Below are positions 23,562 through 34,900 of a stretch of DNA of 64,000 bases, piece after piece. Within the stretch, counting starts at the first letter, position 1; each line of letters begins with the position of its first letter. Source of the DNA: Lama guanicoe (Eukaryota); NCBI GenBank assembly GCA_013239625.1, contig MU053482.1:3247922-3311921 (forward strand), read 5' to 3'. The notes under the pieces are model-generated. The model was not told the origin of the DNA. It did not search any database and saw only the letters and a list, made by a program, of their open reading frames with translations. A program made the translations under genes and the position numbers.

Positions 23562-24870
23562 AAAATGGATATTCCCAAAATGGATCAAAGACTTAAACAT
23601 AAGACAAGACACAAGAAACCTCCTAGAAGAAAACACAGGCAAAACATTATCTCACATACATCTCAAAAATGTTCTCCTAGGGCAGTCTACCCAAGCAATA
23701 GAAATAAAAGCAAGAATAAACAAATGGGACCTAATGACACTTACAAGCTTTCGTACAGCAAAGGAAACCATAAGCAAAACAAAATGACAACCTAAGGAAA
23801 GGTAGAGAATTTCTGCAAAAGATGAAACTGACAAAGGCTTGATCTCCAGAATATATAAGCAGCTCATATGATTTAATAAGAAAAAAACAAACAACCCAAT
23901 CCAAAAATGGGCAGAAGACTTAAACAAGCAATTATCCAAGAAATACAAATGAACAACAGGCACATGAAAAAAATGATCAATATCACTAATTATCAGAGAA
24001 ACACAAATCAAAACTACAAGGAGGTATCACCTCACACCAAGCAGAATGGCCATCATTCAAAAGTCCACAAATAAAAAAAAAAAAGTCCACAAATGACAAA
24101 AAAAAAAAAGTCCACAGAGGCTGTGGACAAAAGGGAACCCTCCTACACTGCTGGTGGGAATGCTGTTTGGTGCAGCCACTGTGGAAAACAGTATAGAGAT
24201 TCCTCAAGAGACTAGGACTAGACTTACCATAGGACCCAGGAATCCCACTCTTGGGCATATATCCAGAAGGAACCCTACTTCAAAAAGACACCTACACCCC
24301 AATGTTCATAGCAGCAGTGTTTACAATAGCCAAGACATAGAAACAGCCTAAATGTCCATCAACAGATGACTGGATAAAGAGGTGGTATATTTATACAATG
24401 GAATACTACTCAGCCATAAAAATGACAACATAATGCCATTTGCAGCAACATGAATGTCCCTGGAGAATGTCATTCTAAGTGAAGTAAGCCAGAAAGAGAA
24501 AGAAAAATACCATATGAGATCACTCATATGTGGAATCTAAAAAGAAAGAAAGAAAAGAAAAAGACAGATGAACATAAATATAAAACAGAAACAGACTCAC
24601 AGACATAGAATACAAACTTGTGGTTGCCGGAGGTGGGGTGGGAGAAGGGACAGACTGCAAGTTCGAAATCTGTAGATACTGACAGATAGATAAACAAGAT
24701 TATACTGTATAGCACATGGAAATGTATACAAGATCTTGTGGTAGCTCATGGTGAAAAAGAATATGACAACGAATATATGTATGTTCATGTATAGCTGAAA
24801 AATTGTGTTCTACACTGGAAATTGACACAACATCATAAACTGACTATAACTCAATAAAATAAATTTTTTT
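23562..24870 (+). mobile_element. Lineage-specific L1, 5'-truncated (ORF2 end plus 3'UTR)
   Basis: ORF2 remnant KWIKDLNIRQDTRNLLEENTGKTLSHI...INKWDL. The 3'UTR ends GACTATAACTCAATAAAA. It is inserted in L2-like sequence. Confidence 0.92.
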
Positions 24871-25669
24871 AAAAAGTCAATGGCTTCCCACTATCTAAAA
24901 AGTCCAAAGTCCTTGGTATGATATTCAAGGCCCTCAATGACCTGGCTCTAGCACAATCTCTATGGCCTCAGATTTTCACATCTCCCCATAAACACCTTAT
25001 TAATCCTGGCTACACCAAAACTACTTGCAATTCTTCTAGAGTCAACCTTAGGCCCACGCATATCTATTTACGTTCTTCTCTCTTCTTCCTCAGAAAGCCC
25101 CTTATTCTTTTCTTCAGCTGGCATACCATTATTTCTCGTAGATACAACACAGAAATCTCATCCTCCCACAAGCCGTATTAAATCTCCTCTCTTCCTCACC
25201 AAACTAGGCTAAGGTTCCCTTTCTCTGTGCTATTCAGAGTACTCTGTTTATCCCTCTCCTTTCACTTATATTACTATTTTCTCTTTACCTGACTGTCTTC
25301 CCCCCTAGAATGTTATATCTTAAGATCAGGAACTGCGACTCTTTTCTTTGAGTCAGGCAATTTACAGACACAATATTCAAAATGACAATTTCTTAACTAA
25401 TTAGCACACAATATGTCTAAAAGCTGGTATCTACTAGGGAGCATAATCATAAAGGGAATTTCTCCACACAAAATGGAACAAGGGAGATTTCTGCCTCAGG
25501 TATGGCTGAGTAAGTACCTACTAGATCAACCCTTCCACAGATAACTATCAATTGTGAGCAAAATACAAAAATAGCTACTTAAAGGCACTGAGGAGTGACC
25601 AAAATAAAGCTAATTAAATTAAAGGGGAGTCAATACTTTCAAGAGAGATAGGTGAACTTCTCATTTATA

Positions 25670-25975
25670 ACAATAGTATGTTTGTGTCCCCCCAAATTCA
25701 TATGTTGAAATGCTAACCCCCAATGTGACTGTAATAGAATTAGTGCCGTTATAAAATAGAACCCAGAGAGCTCCTTTGCCCCTTCTGCATGCAAGGAGAT
25801 GGCTGTCTACGAATCAGGAAGCAGGCCCGCAACAGACACTCAATCTGCCAGCACCTTGATCTTAGATTTCCGAGCCTCCAGAACTACGAGAAATAAATTA
25901 CTGTTGTTTATAAGCCCTCTTTGTTCGTAAGTCACCCCATCTACGGTACTTTGTTATAGCAGTCTGAACAAATAC
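25670..25975 (+). mobile_element. MaLR solo LTR (MLT1A-like)
   Basis: TGTTTGTGTCCCCCCAAATTCATATGTTGAAAT...GCCTCCAGAACTACGAGAAATAAAT. Confidence 0.85.
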
Positions 25976-27649
25976 ATCCAGCTATACATATGGCTAGTTC
26001 CTTCTAGTCCTTTACACATTAATTTATATGTCACCTCTTCAGTGTACTTGTCCTGACCACCTTGACAAAAATAAGTCTTCCAATTATTCTCTAATGTTGC
26101 ACTAGTTTTCCCTTCAAAACATTTGTGCAAATTGTAATTATGGCATTTGTTTTGTTTTGCTTTACTGTTTATTCTTTGAGACCCCTACAGGACTATAGCT
26201 TCATGAAAACAGGGGCCTCATCTGCATGGTTTGCCAGGATGCCTGATGGCTAATACAACAAGAACACTGAGGATACTTAATAATTTTTTTTATTTTATTA
26301 ACTGAAAACCAAAAGCAGGCTCCAGTTTTCACTCATCTCAAATATTGTTTCACATTAAATAGTTTATTTGACATCTTAGTTTACCATACTGGGGGTAGGG
26401 AGGTGTGAGAAGACTGACTTGAAAAATAAGTGTTCATGCAAAATTTTTATTAAAAATAAAGAGAGTATAAAATATTTCTTTTATTGTCCTTGAAAATTTG
26501 TGTTACTCAGAATTAGGATGAAAAATACTTTAAGTTATATAAATTAAAAAAATTAACTGGCAATATTCCAAACTAATCCTTACCAGGAACATAACTTAAA
26601 ATACACCAACTTGAGAATAGTACTGATAATATATAACAATTTAAATTAACAAAAAAAAAACATTCTCCTTCTATAAAGAAAAACCTAACTGAAATATTAA
26701 ATTATGCCAGAAAAATGAAAGATCTTTGAAGCAGATGCAGCATTTTGAAAACCCAGTTTCCTATCAAGAAAGCAGTTGTCTAAGTAGTGTAAGAATGTTC
26801 TTACAAAAAGAGTAAACATCTAAATCCTGGACAGGAAGTACGCTCTGTCCCTAAAGAGGAGTCACAGAAGTTGTATTTGTGCTATTATAAATAGAAATTT
26901 ATTTCCTAATAATTGTTGTGTATATATTTCCTTTATTATCTCTATAGGAGAACCAGATGACAATGATTGTTTTTTTTTTAAAGAGAGAAAGCAGTTTTTT
27001 TGCTTTCATTTCTTTAATTCTATTAAAAGCAATCTTCAATTCATCCTGCCACAGAATTTCTTAAAATAACAATCTGTGCAGTTTACTTCTAACTATCCCA
27101 AGGGAAGCTATTCCTACTACTTCCCAAGAACATTTTATCATTCTAGACTCAAGTATTTGTAGTAAATTAAAATATGACATAATTTATTACCTATCAGATT
27201 GGCAAAAGTTAAACTGACAATACCCAGAGTTGATGAGGGGATTTAAAGGAGGGAAAAGCATTCATATACCTTGCTACTAGAAGTGTAAATTGGCAAAATT
27301 AATATAGCTCAAGTGGTAATATGTTTCAATAGTTTTTAAAATGTACATGCCTTTTGAACTAGAATTTCCATTCCTAAAATTTTATCCAACAGAAATAGTC
27401 AGGAAACATACATAAGCCTGTTAACTGCAACCACTGTTGGATAACAGTGAAAAAATTTAAATGACCTCCGTAACATTTGGTTATCTGACACTGGTAAATT
27501 GGTTAAATAAATTATAGTATATTGATGTATCAGTCAGGGTCCAATCATAATAGGAACAATCCATTTTTTGAAAAGACAAAATAAACAGCTATTTAAAATA
27601 GCATGCATCTTTATTTGTTATCATAGATGACCAAAACATATAAACACTT

Positions 27650-27875
27650 TCAATTTTTCCCTCTTGAGTATAACATTAGCTGTGGATTTGTCAAAAATGA
27701 TCTTTACTATGTAGACGTGTGTTCCTTCCTATACCCAATCTCTTGAAGGTTTATATTGTGAAAGGATGTTGTATGCTGTCAAATGCTTTCTCCTGTCTAC
27801 TGAGATAATCAAATGACTTCTTTCATTCTATTAATATGATGTATCATATTTATTGATTTGCATATGTTGAATCTA
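27650..27875 (-). mobile_element. L1 ORF2 fragment
   Basis: Antisense L1 RT-region text (TGTCAAATGCTTTCTCCTGTCTACTGAGATAATC...TTGATTTGCATATGTTGAA). Confidence 0.8.
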
Positions 27876-27925
27876 AACCAATATTTTCAAGTGAGCAAAT
27901 CGGCCACATACTAAAACTTACTTTT

Positions 27926-29280
27926 TTAATTTTATTGAAGTATATTCAAGAAGTAATATTGAAAAATACTGTGTCAGTTTCAGGTGTACATAAGAGTGAT
28001 TCAGTTATAACCACGTGTGTGTGTGTATATATATGTGTATACATATATATATGTTCTTTTTCAGATTCTCTTCCAATAGGTTATTACAAGATATTGAATA
28101 TAGTTCTCTGTGCTATACAGTAAATCCTTTTAATCTATTTTATATATAATAGCATGTATCTGTTCACCTCAAACTCCTAATTTATCCTGCAAATGGCGAG
28201 AGTTCACCCTTTTTATTGCTAAGTAATATTCCTCTCTGTGTATGTGTGTGTGTGTGTGCACGTGCTTTCCCCATTCATCTGTTGATGGACGTTTAGGTTG
28301 CTTCCACATCTTGGCTATTGTAAATAGTGCTGCTATGAACACTGGGGTGCACGTGTCTTTTTGAATTAGAGTTTTTGTCTTCTGTGGATTGGACGTATGC
28401 CCAGGAGTGGGATTTCTGGACCATATGGTAACTCTATTTTTAGTTTTTAAGGCACCTCCATACTGGTTTCCATAGGAGCTGTACCAATTTACATTCTCAT
28501 CAACAATGTAGGAGGATTTCCTTTTCTCCACATCTTCTCCAGCATTTGTTACTGTATACTTCTTAATGATGGCCATTCTGACCAGTGGGAGGTGATACCT
28601 CATTGTGGTTTTGAGGGTCTTACTTGCATTTCTCTAATAATTAGTGATCTGGAGCATCTTTTCATGTGTCTGTTGGTCATCTGCATGTCTTCTCTGAAAA
28701 AAAAAGTCTATTTAGGTCTTTTGCCCATTTTTGATTGGGTTTTTTGTTTTGTTTTGTTTTTGTTTTTTGATATTTGAGTTCTGTAAGTTGTTTGTACAGT
28801 TTGGAAACTAATCCCTTGTTGGTCACACTTTGCAAATATTTTCTCCCAGTTAATATGTTGTCTTTTCATTTTGTTTATGGTTTCCTTTGCTGTGCAAAAG
28901 CCTGTAAATTTGATTAGGTCCCATTTGTTTATTTTTGCTTTTATTTCTTTTCTTTGGGAGACTGATCTGAGAAAATATTGCTATGATTTATGTCACAGAA
29001 TGTTTTCTCTGTGTTTTTTTCAGGAGTTTTAGGGTATCATGACTTATAGTTAAAAATAAACTCGAAATGACTTAAAGACTTACGTATTGTGTGAGGGATT
29101 GCTCTAACTTCACTGATTTGTCCAGCTTTGCCAACACCACTTGCTGAAAAGATTGTCTTTTCTCCATTGTATACTCTTGCCTCCTATGTTGAAGATTAAC
29201 TGACCACACGTATGTTGGTTTTGGCTCTCTATTCTGTTCCACTGATCTATTTGTCTGTTTTTGTGCCAGTACCAAGTTGA
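27926..29280 (-). mobile_element. L1 3' portion, sense to SBF2
   Basis: The minus-strand ORF 28169-28603 is the L1 ORF2 C-terminus ([15 protein letters not shown]...CTPVFIAALFTIAK). Imperfect TSD C(T/C)AAAACTTA(C/T)TTTT at ~27911 and ~29281. Confidence 0.9.
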
Positions 29281-29784
29281 CCAAAACTTATTTTTAATAT
29301 TGATTTCATTTTCTGTCTACCATGTCTTCTCTTCAAAAGTTTCATGTTGACAAATTGAGTTCTTTAATTCTCAAGTAGTTACCTTGTCATTTCTATCAAT
29401 TCTCTCCATTTTTATCATATTCTGACAAGATCTCTTTCACATATGTGGTAAGCATTATGGTGTAATCTTCATCACAGCTGTACGGGAAAAGCTATTTTGT
29501 CCTTACCTTAAAGCATAAGAACTATGCAGCCAAACAGCTCCCCTCAAAAAAAAAAATCTTTCTACTGCCAGATCATTGTTCAGATGCTCTTATTCTAAGT
29601 AATTAATATCTCATAATCTTATATATACTGCTGATTTTAAGTTTCTAAACTAAAAAATACCGATTTATTTTTCTTTAACCTGTTGGTGTACCCGCTAACC
29701 AAAAAGAAATTTTTACCTCAAAAAATCTGTACTATTTTCAACAACCTATGATAATTCTCTTTTTAAAAAATGATGATGAGTATT

Positions 29785-30158
29785 AGCAGCCAAGATGAGC
29801 TGCTCAGGTCTTTCAAGAAGAATTTCAAATGCATTTGCAGGGAGCTGTTAGAGCCTTCAGGTTCTGACACAGCTTTCAGCCAAAACCACAATCTTCCCAG
29901 GCATTCCCCAAAGACTACATGACTAGAGTACTAGGATCTGGCCATTTCTGCCTAGCAAGTGACTCCTCTAAGCAGCAAGCCCTGCTCTAGAGCTCCCTAC
30001 TGGGTTGGCTAAGACTTTGTCAAATTGCATCATGGTGAGAAGATTCTCCTGGCCCTATTCTGTTTCCTTTAATCTTTCACAGGCATTATTCTCCAATACA
30101 TCTCTTACACTCCTATCTCCACCTCAGCATCTTCTTCTCAAAGAACCCAACAGACACA
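29785..30158 (+). mobile_element. ERVL solo LTR (LTR16-like)
   Basis: Ends CTCTTACACTCCTATCTCCACCTCAGCATCTTCTTCTCAAAGAACCCAACAGACACA. Confidence 0.7.
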
Positions 30159-30529
30159 ATTATTTAATACTGATACAGCAATATTATTCATCAAAGATCC
30201 AAATATAAAACTAACTTTAGACCTCAATACAAACATCTGTCTTTCATTTATATACTCCCTTGGATTCTTCTACAGGTACATATAGGATGAGATTTAGGAA
30301 ATACTGCTCGACAGCAATATGAAAACAAGTGACACTTTTTACAGGTTAAAAGGTTTTGTTTTTTGGGGGGTTTTTTTGGTATCAAAATAAAGATTGAATC
30401 TTCAGAGGGAAAAAAGATTGTTATATTAAAAACAAATATGCAGAAGACTTTTATTATTTTATTTGAGATGTTGGTTGAAGTAGGTATTTTGACCCCTGCA
30501 AATGTTTTACTCTAATATCAAGAATGTGT

Positions 30530-30870
30530 GTGAGTCAGGAGAGAGGGAAGGGATGAATAGATGAACACAAAGGATTTTTAGAGCAGTGAAGCTATTCTGT
30601 ATGATACTATAATGACAGATACAAGTCATTATGTATTTGTCAAAACCCATAGAATGTACAACACCAGGAGTGAACCCTAACGTGAACTATAGACTTTGGG
30701 TGATAATGATGTGTCAATGTAGGTTCATCAGTTATAACAAATGCCCTACTCTGGTGCTGGATATTGATAGTGGGGGAGGCTGTACATGTCGGGATAGAAG
30801 GTATATGGGAACTCTGTACTCTCCCCTCAATTTGCTATGAACCTAAAACTGCTCTAAAAGTTAAAGTTTT
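30530..30870 (+). mobile_element. L1MC-like 3' end
   Basis: GTGAACCCTAACGTGAACTATAGACTTTGGGTGATAATGATGTGTCAATGTAGGTTCATC. Confidence 0.85.
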
Positions 30871-31260
30871 TTTTTTTCAAGTAAGTTGATGACATCTCAA
30901 AAGCATCTAACAGTCCTATGTGCAATAGGATAGCAATTCCCTAATCTGTCATTAAATCCTGGCTTGATTATAGAATTACAAACATCAAAATAAGCATGCC
31001 AGAACCTTGTCCAAGCTAAGCATCAAGGTCTTGATTGAGATTTACATTACAAGGGTGTATTTATTTGTTAAAATGCAAATTGTACACTTATACTGTGTGT
31101 ATTTCATTCTATCTAAATTTTACTTCAATTTTTAAAAGAAGTACAAAGCAAAAGATAATTTAAAAATTTAAAATACCAAAGAAAAAAGCAGGTCTCTAGA
31201 ACTGCAACCATGTGTGTAAAAAAGGAGGTAAATGAAGAATATAAATACATAATTACTCCT

Positions 31261-31756
31261 TTGCAGCAACATGGATGGACCTGGAGATTGTCATTCTAAG
31301 TGAAGTAAGTCAGAAAGAGAAAGGAAAATACCATATGATACCACTAATGTGTGGAATCTGAAAAAGAAGGACACAAATGAACTTATCTACAAAACAAAAA
31401 CAGACTCAGAGACATAGAAAACAAACTTATGGTTACAGGGGGCGGGGGGGGGGAAGGGGTGGGAAGGGACAAATTGTGAATTCGAAATTTGCACCTCTTG
31501 GGGAGTGATGGAAATGTTAGTTAACTTGATTGTGGTGGTGGTTTTACTTGGTGTATACATCTATCAAAATTTATCAATTTGTACATATGAAATATGTGTA
31601 GTTTACTGTATGAAATCATACCAATATAAAGGTGTTAAAATATAATGTTGGAAGCATTTGGAAAATCTTGTGGGAGCTCATGATCTAATGATATTAAATG
31701 CAAAAGTATGGACAAAAGTGATACAAAAATTTTTTTAAAAATAAAAATTAAATAAG
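31261..31756 (+). mobile_element. L1 3' end with composite 3'UTR
   Basis: TTGCAGCAACATGGATGGACCTGGAG... flanked by TAAATA(CA/TG)TAATTACTCCT at 31242-31260 and 31757-31775. Confidence 0.85.
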
Positions 31757-32027
31757 TAAATATGTAATTACTCCTCTATTTATAGAATATCTGTGAAAGG
31801 ACACAGGAAACGGCTCTCTAAAGAGTAGCTGGGAGGCAGGAATAAGACAGGTTTTCACCAACTTTGATGTATTTTTAATTCATAAGGCTTCATTTTCCAT
31901 TCAACAACATTATTAAATGTACAAACATGATCATCATCATTTTTAAAGTAAAAATCAAACCAGAGTTTCTACTGATATAATACTGAGTTTTATCAGTTCC
32001 GGGGATTGAAGTCTGAATTGACAATTA

Positions 32028-32377
32028 CAGCCTTGCTACTAAAAATATGGTCCTCAGAACAGCATCATCAGCATAACCTGGAACTTGTTAAAAATGTTCA
32101 ATTTAGATCTTTAGGGCAGTTATAACAATGAGCTAGATAAGTGGATGGATAGAGTGAGAAAGAGAGAAGAAAGAAGAGAGATAGATATGTACTGTATAAC
32201 AAAAGTTGATTTTTACACCTAAAATGTGTGAACTTTATATGTAAAAAACATACCTCAAAAAAGTTAATTTTTTAAAGAAAAATGCAGAATCTCACACCAA
32301 CTCAGACTTACTGAATCAGATTTTTCACAAATCTACAGGTGATGCATATACATATTAAAATTTGAAACACACATTGT
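32028..32377. mobile_element. MER5A-like DNA transposon interrupted by an L1 3' fragment
   Basis: CAGCATCATCAGCATAACCTGGAACTTGTTAAAAATG [~32100-32280 insert] CAGAATCTC...TACTGAATCAGA. Confidence 0.65.
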
Positions 32378-32999
32378 TTACAGTATTTATAAACATTAAC
32401 ATAGTTTGCCATTATAGGCAATGGTTATTCAAGACTTTTTTTAATGTCTCTCAAACTGACAATAAACTCCATAAGGGCAGGGACCATGTTCATTTTACGC
32501 ACTACTAGCACATAACAGGTATTCAGTAAATATCTGCTGAATGAAAGAAATATCTCACTTTTTTTTAATGATTATTACTAAACTTTTTCTCTTACTTTTT
32601 TTTTTTTAACCAGAATCCCTTTCTCTTCTGGTTTAATGTCTACCTGGCTTAGCCAAGGGGTAGGACTAAGAGCTTACAGAGAAAAAATTTGGAGAATATC
32701 ATTTTGTTATGACTATAATGGAAAAGAAAGAAAAATAGCATAAGCCGTAGCCTATAAATAAAGCAAAGTATATATACATATACACACTTTTCAGTTGTTT
32801 TCTTATTTTAAGAAACATTATCTTAATATTAAAACACCTCTTTTAAGAGTTGACATTTCATTTTTACAAAGCAAACAAATCTTGCAAAATAATTAACATC
32901 CAGGAAATTCTGAAATTTTTAAATGATTTTGAAGAAACTTGATTAGGTATTATAGTCAATAAGCAAATAAACTTATTATACTTGCAGCTGATTTTTTTT

Positions 33000-34900
33000 T
33001 CTGTTTCAAAGTTTTAAAATAAAGGAGAGGCGCTACCAAAGAAACAATAATTAGCAATGCAGCCAGGGAGAGAAAGGAAAAAGTAGAGGATAAAACACAA
33101 GTTTAGAATTTGAAAAGCAGCTGGATAAATTTAGCTGAATTAGTTCACCTCAGAACTAAATCCTAAACCACTAGAGAGAAAGACAAGAAGCTACCCAATT
33201 TATACTTTAGGACACTCAATAAGCTCTAGCAGAACCAAGATCAGCAGTACTAGATACTTCTAGAAGTGAAGGGTGGGTAGAAACTATACAAAAGCCTACT
33301 TAAAAAGCAATCAGATCCCCAGATCCTCTTCTTATATACCTGGGTGACAGTCCTTGCTCCAACCCAGTAGAAGAGTGAAGAATTAATATAGGAAAAAATA
33401 AAAGAGAGGGTAACTGGCCAATGGAGATACTTAGCAATTGAAAGTAAGGATATCAAAATGAAAAGAGAGGGAATGGTTTAAAAGTCACAAAGTGAATGCT
33501 GCAACCCCAAACAATCTTTCCCTTCCTGGCTCCCAAGATTCTGGCAGTCAGGAGATGGGAAGATCCTTTTCAGGAAATCTGACAAACCCAAGATAAAAGA
33601 TCAAGGGAGGATACCAACCCAATCGCAGCAAGATCATGTAACAGTGAAGCCCATAGTCCAAAGCAATGGGCACAAAACAAGATCATGAGGAAGCTAAGGA
33701 AAGCTTCTAACATGGAAGGTCAAAACCAAAGCAAAGTGGGGGAGTGGCGGGGACTAGAAGAAGACTTGTTTGGGGAAATAAAAACATTTTTTAAGTCAGT
33801 AATATCTTTAGAGACATAGGAAGACACTATATCCATAAAAAACAAAAACAAAAATGTATGGGAAAAATTCAGAGACAAAAAAAGCTGTTGAAATATTTTT
33901 AATGATAGTGGAAATAAAAAAGAGATGGAAGAAAAAGGGTAGACATCAATAAAACAAAAACAACATCAAGGAAAACCTGAAGAGATAAAAACAGGAGTTT
34001 CAGAAAGAGACTACAGACGGTAGAGAATGGCAAGATGTAAGTTTCCAGTTTGGAAAAGCTCACTGAATGGCTAGCATAATGAATACAAAAAAAGCTACTT
34101 CAAGGCATGAAATTTCAGAAATCAGGAATAAATTTTTTAAATCCCGAAAGCTTTAAGGGAAGAGAAACTGAGTACCATACAAAAGACCAGGAATCAGAGT
34201 ACCACTGGATTCTCAGCAATCTTGAAATCTAAAGGACAAAAGGTCAAAAACTTCAAACTTCTAAGCAAAAATGATTGCTAGCCAATTCAAATTATCAATC
34301 TAGAATAAAAACATTTCAGACATGCAAGTCCTCAGGAATCTTACCTTCCTTTGTACCCTTTTTCTTAAGATGCTACTATAAGATACACTCCAATAAAATT
34401 AAGAGAAAAAAACAAGAAGGAAGAGGTAAGAGTCAGAAATAAAGAGGTCCAACACAAGAGAAAAAAGGGAATCTTCAGAATGATGGGGAAGAAAAATGCC
34501 AGGATAACAGTGGTGCATCATATAGAGCAATTAATACATAAAGCACCTCAGTAGGCCTAAGGAGAGAGATCAAGAAGATAAAGGTAACAGAAAATGTTAA
34601 ATAATTGGCAGAATTAGTTGGTTTTAAATTAATGATAAGCAATAGAAAACTAAGAAAACAAATAACAAAAAAGATAATTATAAAGTTCATTTACATAACC
34701 AAGATGAAAGCACTGCACACTGACTTAGCCAAAATTATAATGTAACATTCTGGGAGGACGCCAGGTACGTACAAAGTGTGTCTGTGCAGGCAAGTGTAAT
34801 AGGTTAGGTGAAAGTCAATCCCAATTGTCATGAGGGGAAGTCAAGAAATAGCCTATTATTTTTAGTCAAAAAATAGTAATCTAAGATTTATTTAGAGACA
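33000..34900 (+). mobile_element. Very old L1 (L1ME-like) 5'/ORF1 remnant
   Basis: A-rich, with decayed ORF1-like text (GAAATTTCAGAA...GGAATCAGA...ACATTTCAGACATGCAAG). Confidence 0.55.

Noticed and set aside
28169..28603. 144-aa ORF
   Set aside because: Frameshift-mosaic L1 ORF2 C-terminal remnant, not a host gene.
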